Origin: Prochlorococcus sp. AG-679-M23 | GTDB taxonomy: Bacteria > Cyanobacteriota > Cyanobacteriia > PCC-6307 > Cyanobiaceae | Length of the DNA: 64,000 bases | Reading direction: 5' to 3' | Assembly: GCA_003208875.1 (NCBI GenBank) | Contig: QCUR01000003.1 | Span: 128,001 to 192,000, forward strand | Part shown: piece by piece, positions 33,569 to 43,191 of the stretch | How the letters are laid out: each line of letters starts with the position of its first letter | How positions within the stretch are numbered: position 1 is the first letter of the stretch | Made by a program: the position numbers and the translations under genes | The notes under the pieces: model-generated | Told to the model about the DNA's origin: nothing | What the model saw: only the letters and a program-made list of their open reading frames with translations | Databases searched by the model: none

Positions 33569-33656
33569 AAAAAACACCCTAATTCTCAAGAATCAGAGCG
33601 TTAATATCAGAAATTAGTGTGTGAGGAGTTTCTAATGTTATTAATCTAATAGAAAA
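33569..33656 (-). ncRNA. Yfr1/Yfr10-like sRNA
   Basis: ACTCCTCACAC (33629-33619) between a 5' hairpin (TTTCTA..TAGAAA) and an imperfect 3' stem ending in U6; ends approximate. Confidence 0.7.
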
Positions 33657-33682
33657 GATCTCAATTCTGTGTAGTGTTAACA

Positions 33683-33901
33683 CTATTTCTTTTCCCAAAA
33701 TAGATAAAGATTTGAAAACTGATTTTTAGTATCTACTACTGCAGTGCTTGTTGAGATTAACTTCCAACCGGCAGAATTACGTTTTCTCATAATTGCTGCA
33801 ATCTCATTTTCTTGTCTTTGAGTATTTGCATTGCCTACTGCGTAATAGATATCAAGATCATTTTCTACATATGACATATTTAAATGTGCTGGTTTATTCA
33901 A
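33683..33901 (-). CDS. Small hypothetical protein
   Basis: 72-aa ORF with ...GWKLIS...LYLFWEK; true start may be an internal Met. Confidence 0.65.
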   Translation of the reverse strand: MNKPAHLNMSYVENDLDIYYAVGNANTQRQENEIAAIMRKRNSAGWKLISTSTAVVDTKNQFSNLYLFWEKK

Positions 33902-34323
33902 AGTTAATAATACTCAATCTTTCATCGATACTGAAATGGATTCGATAGGGTTATTAGAAATAAGTATTGTATGGTTTTACCTTCACCTCAAATTGCAATT
34001 GGATTATTGCTTATAAGTATTGGAATCGTAGTCACCTTTGATATCAAAATTGATTTATTTAAAGGTAAAGAGTAAAAGACAAAAGTTGGATATCTGGCAA
34101 AATGATTATATTAATTTGTTCAAAGAATAATCTTGTCAATTAAAGAACGCAATTACGATAATGATGGAACAGATCCATCAGAAGAATATTTTAGAAAGAA
34201 GAAAAAAGATAATGATGATGATACCTACTTCCCCTTAGAAGAATCAGAACCACCACATTATTAAGAACAGTAGAAAATTTATTGACAGATTCTTTAAAAT
34301 TAAAAAAATAAAAAAATTTAAAT

Positions 34324-34728
34324 ATGACTGAACAAAGGAAAATAGAGAAATTTGGAGTCGGGAATTTGTATCCTGATATTCATCCACCAGAATTTTCATT
34401 CTTTAAAAAAAAATGTATAGATGTAGCAATTGGATATGATGATGGTTTTACTTTCACTCCTAAATTTGGGAATTTTAAAGAAACTGAAGATATTTTTGAT
34501 TACCTAAAACAATATCTTGAAGATAAAGAATTAGAAAAATTAGATATTCGTTTTGATACCTTAAAAACTTGTATATACCAAATAAATCCTGAGACATTAG
34601 AACTTGGAGAATTATTGGAATGTGAAGGAAGTGATGTTAAATATTTTGAATGGAATAAACAAACTAAAAGTTTTGAAGAGGTTGAATCAAATTCACTAAG
34701 TGATGAAGAAGAAGAATATTTTCACTAA
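34324..34728 (+). CDS. Acidic hypothetical protein
   Basis: 134-aa ORF with ATG start. Confidence 0.7.
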   Translation: MTEQRKIEKFGVGNLYPDIHPPEFSFFKKKCIDVAIGYDDGFTFTPKFGNFKETEDIFDYLKQYLEDKELEKLDIRFDTLKTCIYQINPETLELGELLECEGSDVKYFEWNKQTKSFEEVESNSLSDEEEEYFH

Positions 34729-34985
34729 GTAATGATAATTCATATTTCCCTTCAGAAGAAACAGAGCAAGTTGAGACATTAATAAAATGAATAAAGAGCA
34801 TAATTATGAAGAAGGATTATTTAATTACGTTGTTTTGAAGGAAGAAAAGGAAGTGATCTTTTATTTACATAATCCCTATCCAGATTGCTTAAAAATTCCA
34901 GATATAATGAAACAAAGGTTTCCTAGTGATTCAAGAGCATAGTTGTAAATTCTTTGGATGATTTCAAAAAGTATGGAGCAAAAAG

Positions 34986-35168
34986 TTGAGCACTAAATGG
35001 GATGACACTTCATGGCAGAAAGAGTTCTTGAATATGAAGGCACATTCGCCTTCAGATGCCAAACTCTTAATGGGAGGTGTAAAAGGATTGAAAGGTGCTT
35101 GGCGTTTAGGTGTTCTGCACGTTGAATACGAAAGACTGAAGAAAGCACAAGAGCAGCAACAACAATGA
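34986..35168 (+). CDS. Small hypothetical protein
   Basis: 60 aa; GGAG upstream; similar to the next ORF. Confidence 0.65.
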   Translation: MSTKWDDTSWQKEFLNMKAHSPSDAKLLMGGVKGLKGAWRLGVLHVEYERLKKAQEQQQQ

Positions 35169-35332
35169 AAGAAGAAACAAATTGGAAAAAAGAATTACTA
35201 GAAAGTAAGAAGTTCAATAATAAATTTTCAAAAAATATATTAGAAAATGGTGCAAAGAATTATATGCAAGAAATCTATATAGGATATATGTATACCCGAT
35301 GGAGAAAAATTAGAGAGAAATCTATACTATAA
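35165..35332 (+). CDS. Small hypothetical protein (55 aa), probable paralogue of the preceding ORF, not in the track
   Basis: ATGA overlap; MKEETNWKKELLESKKFNNKFSKNILENGAKNYMQEIYIGYMYTRWRKIREKSIL*. Confidence 0.6.
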   Translation: MKEETNWKKELLESKKFNNKFSKNILENGAKNYMQEIYIGYMYTRWRKIREKSIL

Positions 35333-35514
35333 GCATTACCATAAGTACCTACCACATCCCAAAAAGCATTCCACAACATTTTGATGGTGGTTATAGCGTT
35401 AATTTCAAAATGAGAATATAAAACTTTAAATCTATATAAAAACAACTATCCTGTATTTACAGGCATTTTAAAGGATTAATTGTCACAAAAAAAGGTATAA
35501 GGATCTAAAAATAT

Positions 35515-35527
35515 ACGGAGAGGGTGG
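35515..35527. repeat. att-like core copy 2
   Basis: ACGGAGAGGGTGG, a 13-bp match to the tRNA-Ser end. Confidence 0.9.
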
Positions 35528-35602
35528 ACATAGAATTCAATCTAGAATTCCAGTGTAGACCTACTCTGACCACAGTTTAGTTTAGTAATTCATATGAAAC
35601 CT

Positions 35603-35620
35603 TGAGACAACCTAGAGACA
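35603..35620. repeat. Cassette B left arm-like repeat
   Basis: TGAGACAACCTAGAGACA; 17/18 identical to 43174-43191. Confidence 0.8.
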
Positions 35621-35846
35621 TTTTAGTTTTTATTACTTAATCGATGGATTTAATTTATTGACTACAAATATGGGTCTTCATCACATAGTTATTTCAACTG
35701 ATTTAGAAGCAAAGAGTATAAAAAGAATTTCAACTGAGAATAATAGTGACCATGATGGAATAAGTTGTTTAATTAATTTTTAAAAGTTAACCAATGAAAA
35801 TTAATATGGCACAATAAATATGATTTAGGAAATCCAAAAAATTATT

Positions 35847-36197
35847 GTGGATACTGCTGATAAACTTTCGATTCTTCAAGAGAGCGTAAACGCTTTCTTC
35901 ATTAAATTTTTTGATGGAATGTATCCAGAGAGAGTAGACAGAGATCCTGATTTAGTTAAGTTAAAACGAATTGGAAATCTCAACCAATTCAATGGAATTG
36001 ATAAGGATTTCCCTGATTTTGATATTAAAATGGATATCACGAAAGCATTTACTCATATTATTGAACACGGTGATGGAATTGAAATGCTTAAGGAAGAAAA
36101 TGTTCCATTTGAAGATAGTGTTGAAAGATTAGTTTTGGAAGAACTTACAAATACTGAGAATAGATATGGATATGATTTCAATGATGATGTTGAATAA
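35847..36197 (+). CDS. Acidic hypothetical protein
   Basis: 116-aa ORF, GTG start, abutting the next gene. Confidence 0.7.
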   Translation: MDTADKLSILQESVNAFFIKFFDGMYPERVDRDPDLVKLKRIGNLNQFNGIDKDFPDFDIKMDITKAFTHIIEHGDGIEMLKEENVPFEDSVERLVLEELTNTENRYGYDFNDDVE

Positions 36198-36545
36198 ATG
36201 AAAAAACTATTTCTTCTAATTTTAATATTTGGTTTTAATACTCCTGTAAATGCAGAACAATATCAAAGGCACAAATATACTTGCCCAGAATCTCAAAGTG
36301 AATGTAATGAAGGAGAAATAGCAGCAATTAAATTAGTAAATGACACTTATTGGGAAATGCTTTCAGAGAGAATCAAGGAAAATAAACATTATAAGTATCC
36401 TTGGTATTGGGTTTACAAAAAGGGGGAGTGTAAATATTCTGTCGCTGCGAAGGAAGATATGCCAAAGCATACAGTCACTATGGAATGGATTGATGTTGAT
36501 ATTTGCGAAAAAACCACTAAATTGTTGGATCTAAGACGCAGATGA
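36198..36545 (+). CDS. Small secreted protein with four Cys
   Basis: Signal peptide MKKLFLLILIFGFNTPVNA. Confidence 0.75.
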   Translation: MKKLFLLILIFGFNTPVNAEQYQRHKYTCPESQSECNEGEIAAIKLVNDTYWEMLSERIKENKHYKYPWYWVYKKGECKYSVAAKEDMPKHTVTMEWIDVDICEKTTKLLDLRRR

Positions 36546-36625
36546 AAATTAAAAAAAATATTCTCTCTAAGATTGCTAATCGATCATTATCCCAATTGGG
36601 TTCTTTTCTCATTGATTAAGACTAA

Positions 36626-39600
36626 TTAACTTGCAACTAATTCTTCTCCTAGAGTTTCTGCTTGTTGTAGAACAGTCTCAACTGCAGTAATTTGTTCATC
36701 TGGTGGATACTTATATCTCTTCAAAAGTGTTTTGATTTTAAGTCTCAGTTTTGCCCTGACATTTTCTTTATATTGCCAGTCAATATTTGCATCTCTCCTC
36801 ATAATTTCTGCAAGTTCTCTTGCCATATTTGCAAGAACTTCTTCTTTCAAAAGTTTATGAGCAGATGGGTTGTCTGCTAAAGCATCATAGAAAGATTGTT
36901 CTGCAGAAGATAAACCTAATGCAATCCCACGTTCTAAATCTTCTCTGAATTTCTTTGCCATTTCAATTAGTTCTTCTATTACTTGTGCTGCTTCTATCGC
37001 CCTGTTTTCATATTTTTGCAATGATTTAGAAAGCATTTCACTAAAGTTTTTCTGCTTCACAACATTTGTTCTGAACTTACTTTTTACTTCATCATTTATG
37101 AGTTTTTGAAGCAATTCAACTGCTAAATTTTTCTGTGGGATCTTACTTACTTCTGATAAGAATTGATCTGACATGATACTTATATCTGGATTCTTGAGAC
37201 CAGCAACTTTGAATACATCAGTTATTCCATCAGAGACTAATGATTCAGATAGAAGTTGTTGTAATTCAAACCCATAAGTTTGAGGTGGACGTACAACAAT
37301 ATCTCCTTTTATTAGCATTGCTCTTATTGCTTGAAGGAATGCTATTTCAGGACTATGTTCAAGTGCTTCATCAGTTGTTCCACAAAGAGCAAATGCTTTC
37401 GTTATTTTTAGAACTGTATTGCAGAATCTTTTCTTCCCATCATCTATCTCGAGAATATGGTCAAGACAATTTGGAATAATGTCTAATGCTTTTCCTTTCT
37501 CTCTAAAGTGACCCCATTCAACAGGATGTAAGAGATCTTCTGCTATTTGAATTTGTTCAAGAAGTACACGAACTGCTTCACTGGTATCAAGTTTTATTTC
37601 CCCTTTTCCGTTTGCTGCTGTGTAAGTAGCAAGTGCCTCTTTGAGTTGTGGAGCAATACCTATGTAATCAACAATCAGTCCACCTGGTTTATCCTTGAAA
37701 ACTCTATTGACTCTTGCAATTGCTTGAGCAAGATTTGCTTCTTTCATTGGTTTATCTACGTACATAGTTGCTAAACAAGGTGCATCAAAACCCGTCAACC
37801 ACATATCTCTTACAAGAACGATTTTGAGTGGATCATTTGGATCTTTGAATCTATTCTCTAAATCTTTTTTTTGTTGTTTGCTTGTGTGATGAGGTTGAAG
37901 AAGTTCCGACTCAGAAGCAGATGCAGTCATGACAACTTTTACAGAACCTTTCATATGATCCGAATCTTTCCATGCTGGTTTGAGATCGACTATCTCGTTG
38001 TAAAGACGTGCACAGATTTCTCTACTCATTCCAACAATCAATGCTTTTCCAGGTTGCGTTTTAGATCTTTGTTCATAGTGGGCAATAAGATCTTTTGCTA
38101 CTTGTTTGAGTCGAGGTTCTGCTCCTACTAATGCTTCTAATGCTGCCCATCTACTTTTCGCCTTTTCAGTAGAAGAAATATCATCTTCATTTTCAAAAAT
38201 TTCATCAAACCTACTATCTAAACTCGGAGTACTGCTTTCTTTGAGTTTTAGTTTTGCTAGTCTTGACTCGTAATAAATTGGAACTGTTGCTCCATCATCT
38301 ACTGCTTGCTGAATATCATAAATAGAAACGTAATGACCAAAGACTGCTTGTGTATCTCGATCATCTTGAGAAATTGGAGTTCCTGTAAATGCCAAGAAAG
38401 TTGCGTTTGGAAGAGCATCCCTCAGTCCTTTTGCTAATCCATATTTCACTTCTCCTGTCTTTGAATCAATTCTTCCTTTGAAACCATATTGAGTTCGATG
38501 TGCCTCATCACAAATCACCACAATATTTTTTCTATCAGTCAATGCAGGGAATTTTTCTTCGTCCTTTTCTGTTGCAAATTTTTGAATGGTTGTAAAAATA
38601 ATTCCTCCACTAGGTCTGTTATCTAATAGATCTCTTAGATCTTTTCTTGACTCTGCTTGCTTAGGTTTTTCTCCCAATAAATCTCCAGATCCAGTAAAGA
38701 CACCAAATAACTGACCATCAAGATCTTGCCTATCAGTGACCATTACTAAGGTGGGATTTTGAAGTCTTTTATCGGTTAGAAGTTTTCCTGCTAAACATGC
38801 CATCTCGATACTTTTTCCTGCACCTTGCGTATGCCAAACAACTCCACCTTTGCGATCACCATCTGGTTTACTTGCCTCTATGACTCTTTCGACTGCAGTA
38901 TTGACTGCATAGAACTGATGATAAGCAGCAATCTTTTTGATAATTTCTTTTTCTTCTTCAAAGACACAGAATGAACGTATGAAATCTAATAATCTTTTTT
39001 TATCGAATAATCCTCTAACTAAGGTTTCTAATTGTTTGAACTTTCCAAGTGGATCTAAATCTTGTTCTTTTTCAATAACTCTCCATTGCTGGAATCTTTC
39101 CTCATTCGCAGAAAGCGATCCTACTTTTGCATAAGTACCATCACTAATAACTAATAGAACATTTGGAGTAAATAAATCAGGAATATCTACTTTATAAGTT
39201 CTTAGTTGATTGAAAGCGTCCCAGATATCAGTTTTTTCATTTGCTGGATTCTTGAGTTCAATTACTGCAATTGGGAGACCATTTATATAAACAACAACAT
39301 CAGGTCTACGATTATTTTTTGGACCACTAATTGCTAATTGATTGACGACTAACCAATCATTTTTATCAGGATTATCAAAATCAATAATTCTTAGTCGGAT
39401 TCCAATTTCTTGGTTACCTTCCATGTAAGAAATAGGAAGTCCTTTGGTCATCCATATGTGAAATTGACGATTCGAAGCAACTAATCCAGGAATATTTGGA
39501 TTGGTTATTTGTAGAACTGCTGAATCAATAGTTTTACTAGGAACTTCAGGATTCAATTTTATAAGTGCAGACTTCAAACGAACTGTTAGATAAACTTGTC

Positions 39601-39727
39601 TGAAATCAATTCTTTCAGGAGAGTCTCCATCAGGAGCAATATTTGGACCATAAACATATTGATATCCGAGATCTTCAAACCATTCAATTGAAGTTTCTTC
39701 TATTAGATTTTCATCTATCAATGACAT
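36626..39727 (-). CDS. hsdR: Type I restriction endonuclease R subunit
   Basis: RPD...IELK nuclease motif, WHTQGAGKS Walker A, DEAHR, FTGTP, LTGFDAP, QAIARVNR. Confidence 0.97.
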   Translation of the reverse strand: MSLIDENLIEETSIEWFEDLGYQYVYGPNIAPDGDSPERIDFRQVYLTVRLKSALIKLNPEVPSKTIDSAVLQITNPNIPGLVASNRQFHIWMTKGLPISYMEGNQEIGIRLRIIDFDNPDKNDWLVVNQLAISGPKNNRRPDVVVYINGLPIAVIELKNPANEKTDIWDAFNQLRTYKVDIPDLFTPNVLLVISDGTYAKVGSLSANEERFQQWRVIEKEQDLDPLGKFKQLETLVRGLFDKKRLLDFIRSFCVFEEEKEIIKKIAAYHQFYAVNTAVERVIEASKPDGDRKGGVVWHTQGAGKSIEMACLAGKLLTDKRLQNPTLVMVTDRQDLDGQLFGVFTGSGDLLGEKPKQAESRKDLRDLLDNRPSGGIIFTTIQKFATEKDEEKFPALTDRKNIVVICDEAHRTQYGFKGRIDSKTGEVKYGLAKGLRDALPNATFLAFTGTPISQDDRDTQAVFGHYVSIYDIQQAVDDGATVPIYYESRLAKLKLKESSTPSLDSRFDEIFENEDDISSTEKAKSRWAALEALVGAEPRLKQVAKDLIAHYEQRSKTQPGKALIVGMSREICARLYNEIVDLKPAWKDSDHMKGSVKVVMTASASESELLQPHHTSKQQKKDLENRFKDPNDPLKIVLVRDMWLTGFDAPCLATMYVDKPMKEANLAQAIARVNRVFKDKPGGLIVDYIGIAPQLKEALATYTAANGKGEIKLDTSEAVRVLLEQIQIAEDLLHPVEWGHFREKGKALDIIPNCLDHILEIDDGKKRFCNTVLKITKAFALCGTTDEALEHSPEIAFLQAIRAMLIKGDIVVRPPQTYGFELQQLLSESLVSDGITDVFKVAGLKNPDISIMSDQFLSEVSKIPQKNLAVELLQKLINDEVKSKFRTNVVKQKNFSEMLSKSLQKYENRAIEAAQVIEELIEMAKKFREDLERGIALGLSSAEQSFYDALADNPSAHKLLKEEVLANMARELAEIMRRDANIDWQYKENVRAKLRLKIKTLLKRYKYPPDEQITAVETVLQQAETLGEELVAS

Positions 39728-41040
39728 TAGATACCAACCTCATCAATCATTCTTTCTGCATCAGAAATTATGAGTTCTCCCGAAACTAGTCTTGGAAGCA
39801 ATGTATCTCTAAGTTCTTCTAGCAACATATTAGAAACTATATTCGAAGTTCTTTTTTTGAATAATAATAAGGCAATTTTTTCGTAGCGTTCGCATATTTT
39901 ATTAGGAGGCACAATAATCTTTAATTTTCTACAATCTTCTCTTCTTAGAAATCCTCTTGCACTTCCAGAAACCCATGAAGTAATTTCTTTGACCTTATTA
40001 CTAAAGGAATAGTAAGTAAACATTTGGTCAATACTATTATTTTTTGATCTAATTCTCCACATATTTTGATTTAGTAAAGATGGAACAATATCACTTGAAA
40101 CCAAACCTATTTTGCCTAAAGTTGCCCCAACCATTACAAATAACGTATCACCTTCAAGTAATTCAAATTTTCTAAATTCATCAAATTTATCTTTCTCAAT
40201 AAAGACAGCATCCTTTTTATTGATAAAAGAATCTTCTCCAATGTTTAGTGTTCTAACTATAAAAGATCCTTTTGTAGTGTAATCCTTACTTTTGAAAGCA
40301 TATCCGCCACTCAAATCTGCAATTTCATCTAATTCTTTTACTTGCCATCCTTTTGGAATCTCTCCTAATTCAGAATCTTCAAATGAATCTGGAAATAAAT
40401 TACTAATCTCGTCAGGTAATCCAGTTGAGAGACCTTCTACTTTTGCTTTTACAGGATCAAAATCTATAAACCAAGATTTGAAAAGTGCTTTTGCTATTTC
40501 TTCAAGAGTTTCATTAGTTTTTTGATTGATTTCAATTTTTTTATCAAGGGTTCCAATGATATGTGCAATTGCTTTTTGTTCATGGAGAGGAGGATATTCA
40601 AATTCAAATCTTCCTAAAACCTTTGCATTTGCTCCTGCTTGTGCAGAACCAGTTTTTGAACCCCTTACGAAATTCCACCATGAGGAACTTCTCATACATC
40701 GCCATACATATGAAGGATCCACAATTTGTTTATTTACGCGAAATCTTATGAGGTAAGAAGCAAAAACCACAAAAGATTCTCCTTGAAATAAATAATTTTC
40801 TCCAGTACTATTTCCTGTTCTCGCAACAACAATATCTCCATCGTTCAAAAGATATTTTGATTTTGAGGATGAATCTATTTCGCAGAATGGAACATCTCTC
40901 CATTGCACAAAACCATTTTGAATATCTGTAATTCTTAGGAATTTTGTGCCAGTATTTTCATCTGTTGCACTTGCTGTAAAACCATACTCGATTTTTTCTG
41001 AGACGTCAGCAAGTGAAGTTTTTTTCCAATTACTATTCAT
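39727..41040 (-). CDS. hsdS: Type I restriction specificity subunit
   Basis: Two TRDs; PPL.EQKAIA..LDKKIE, central ALFKSWF...ELGEIPKGW, terminal LRDTLLPRLVSGEL. Confidence 0.96.
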   Translation of the reverse strand: MNSNWKKTSLADVSEKIEYGFTASATDENTGTKFLRITDIQNGFVQWRDVPFCEIDSSSKSKYLLNDGDIVVARTGNSTGENYLFQGESFVVFASYLIRFRVNKQIVDPSYVWRCMRSSSWWNFVRGSKTGSAQAGANAKVLGRFEFEYPPLHEQKAIAHIIGTLDKKIEINQKTNETLEEIAKALFKSWFIDFDPVKAKVEGLSTGLPDEISNLFPDSFEDSELGEIPKGWQVKELDEIADLSGGYAFKSKDYTTKGSFIVRTLNIGEDSFINKKDAVFIEKDKFDEFRKFELLEGDTLFVMVGATLGKIGLVSSDIVPSLLNQNMWRIRSKNNSIDQMFTYYSFSNKVKEITSWVSGSARGFLRREDCRKLKIIVPPNKICERYEKIALLLFKKRTSNIVSNMLLEELRDTLLPRLVSGELIISDAERMIDEVGI

Positions 41041-42607
41041 ATCCTATACGATTCAAATTCTCAGCAATTTTTTGATCTAATTTTGCTCCCTCTTCCTGTT
41101 GTGTTTTGAGTAAAGAGGTAAGTCTTTTCATCTTTTCATCAAAAGGTTCACCATCATCCTCTTCTTCTGGAGCACCAACATATCGTCCAGGAGTTAGAGC
41201 AAAACTATTCTTTTCAATCTCTTCAAACTTTGCGTTGTAGCAGAAACCTGCAACGTCCTCATACTCATCATCTTTACGCCAAGATTGGACAGTATCTGCA
41301 ATCTTAGAAATATCTCCATCAGTGAGAATTCTCTCAACTCGATTTTTCATTGTTCCCATTTGGCGAGCATCAATGAATAAAGTTTCTCCTTTTCTATCTC
41401 TACCTCTTTGAGTTTTATCGTTAGTCAAAAACCATAAACAAACTGGAATTTGGGTATTCAAAAATAATTGCCCAGGCAATGCAACCATAACTTCAACCAC
41501 ATCTTTTTTGACCATCTCTTCTCGAATATTCCCCTCATTACTTGTATTAGAACTCATAGATCCATTTGCAAGAACTACTCCTGCTTGACCACCTGGTCTC
41601 AACTTCCAAAGCATATGTTGTAACCATGCATAGTTAGCATTTCCTGCTGGTGGTCTTCCATATGCCCAGCGAACATCACTTTCATATTTTTCCCCACCCC
41701 AATCAGAAATATTGAAGGGTGGATTAGCGAGTATGTAATCAAATTTTTGATCAAGATGCTGATCTCTTGCAAAAGTATCTGCAGGTTCTTGTCCTAAATC
41801 GGCAGAAAAACCCCTAATTGCAAGGTTTATTGCTGCTAATCGCCAAGTAGTAGGATTACTTTCTTGACCATAAATTGAAATAGCATCTCTTTCTCCTCCA
41901 TGTGCTTCTATAAATCTTTCACTTTGAACAAACATTCCACCTGATCCACAACATGGATCATAAACTCGACCTTTATCAGGAGATAAAACTGCAACTAATG
42001 TTTTTACAACGTGAGAAGGAGTATAGAATTGTCCTCCTTTTTTTCCTTCAGCACTTGCAAATTGACCCAAAAAGTATTCAAAAACTTCACCTAAAACATC
42101 TCCCGAATTTTCTTGCTCAGTGAAACCAACGGTTGAAAAAAGATCTATTAGTTGTCCTAATATTCCAAATTCTAATTGAGCAGTACTAAATCTTTTATCT
42201 AACTTTCCCCTTAGGTCTGAGTTTTCATTCTCAATCGAAACCAATGCTTTATCAATACGCTGACCAATATCAGGTTGTTTTGCTTGATTTCTAAGTTCTT
42301 CCCATCGGGCATCTTTTGGAACCCAAAACACATTTGCTTGAGTGTAATAATCTCTATCTTCTAATGCCTCTTGATGATCTTTAGGATCATCTCCAAGAAA
42401 ATAATCTGAGTCTGGGGTGCTAACTATTTCTAATACTTTTTTCTGATGTTCAACAAAGGTATCCGAAACAAATTTTAGAAATATCAATGGAAGAACAAGA
42501 TTCTTATATTCAGCAGCATCCATTTGAGCACGTAATTTATCTGCACTTGCCCAAAGAACTGCTTTGAAATCTTTTGGAGTATCTTCTTTCTTTTTAGGAA
42601 TGACCAA
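41033..42607 (-). CDS. hsdM: Type I DNA methyltransferase M subunit (m6A)
   Basis: LW..ADKLR, GQFYTP, YDPCCGSGGMF (motif I) and NPPF (motif IV). Confidence 0.97.
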   Translation of the reverse strand: MVIPKKKEDTPKDFKAVLWASADKLRAQMDAAEYKNLVLPLIFLKFVSDTFVEHQKKVLEIVSTPDSDYFLGDDPKDHQEALEDRDYYTQANVFWVPKDARWEELRNQAKQPDIGQRIDKALVSIENENSDLRGKLDKRFSTAQLEFGILGQLIDLFSTVGFTEQENSGDVLGEVFEYFLGQFASAEGKKGGQFYTPSHVVKTLVAVLSPDKGRVYDPCCGSGGMFVQSERFIEAHGGERDAISIYGQESNPTTWRLAAINLAIRGFSADLGQEPADTFARDQHLDQKFDYILANPPFNISDWGGEKYESDVRWAYGRPPAGNANYAWLQHMLWKLRPGGQAGVVLANGSMSSNTSNEGNIREEMVKKDVVEVMVALPGQLFLNTQIPVCLWFLTNDKTQRGRDRKGETLFIDARQMGTMKNRVERILTDGDISKIADTVQSWRKDDEYEDVAGFCYNAKFEEIEKNSFALTPGRYVGAPEEEDDGEPFDEKMKRLTSLLKTQQEEGAKLDQKIAENLNRIGYE

Positions 42608-42719
42608 TAAAAAATAATTGCTCTTATTTTATACCTAATTGCTATTTTGTTTGATTCAATGCTTACTTTCTGACATGCGATTTGTTATTTTTTTAATTAG
42701 TTAAAGAGCGAATAAAATC

Positions 42720-42914
42720 ATGATTACTAATAAGAGATACCAAACGTTATTAATGCTTGCGACAACAGGCAAACCTTTAAATAAAGACGCTACAGAAGAA
42801 GAAAAGAAATTCTACGAAGAATGTAAACATGACTATAAAGTCATGAAAGAAACCGCAAAGAAAAAGGGCATAAAGAATCCAATTTTAGAAATACCAATGG
42901 AAGTTGATTTTTAG
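42720..42914 (+). CDS. Small hypothetical protein
   Basis: 64-aa ORF with ATG start. Confidence 0.65.
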   Translation: MITNKRYQTLLMLATTGKPLNKDATEEEKKFYEECKHDYKVMKETAKKKGIKNPILEIPMEVDF

Positions 42915-42921
42915 AGAAATA

Positions 42922-43113
42922 ATGCAACCACCAAAGACCTCTGAAGAATTAACAGAAATGTATCCCGATCTAGAACCTTGGCAAAGGGATGAACTAGAAA
43001 TTTGGCACAGAGGATGGATTACTAAATTAATGACTGGAGATGCAACATCAAAAGAATATAATGCTGCAATACCTCCTCATCCAGATCCTCATCACCCTGA
43101 AGATGATGAGTAA
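42922..43113 (+). CDS. Small acidic hypothetical protein
   Basis: MQPPKTSEELTEMYPDLEPWQRDELE...; ATG 7 bp after the previous stop. Confidence 0.65.
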   Translation: MQPPKTSEELTEMYPDLEPWQRDELEIWHRGWITKLMTGDATSKEYNAAIPPHPDPHHPEDDE

Positions 43114-43146
43114 AATAAGGTTTGAAAATTATTTGTATCTCTAAAA

Positions 43147-43191
43147 AACCTAGAGACTTTAAAAAAATAACCCTGAGACAACATAGAGACA
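43147..43191. repeat. Cassette B right arm-like repeats
   Basis: AACCTAGAGAC (43147-43157) and TGAGACAACATAGAGACA (43174-43191). Confidence 0.8.

Noticed and set aside
33522..35487. 12-bp direct repeat TTAATTGTCACA at 33522 and 35476
   Set aside because: AT-rich, only two copies, and not aligned with any boundary I can support
36692..40756. Short plus-strand ORFs inside hsdR/hsdS, and similar ORFs inside pntB, trxB, psbD, cobQ, glyQ and others
   Set aside because: Antisense or out-of-frame shadows of well-supported genes, with no recognisable motifs
39727..41040. Phase-variable hsdS shufflon
   Set aside because: Only one hsdS, no adjacent invertase, and no inverted repeats or long simple-sequence tract seen
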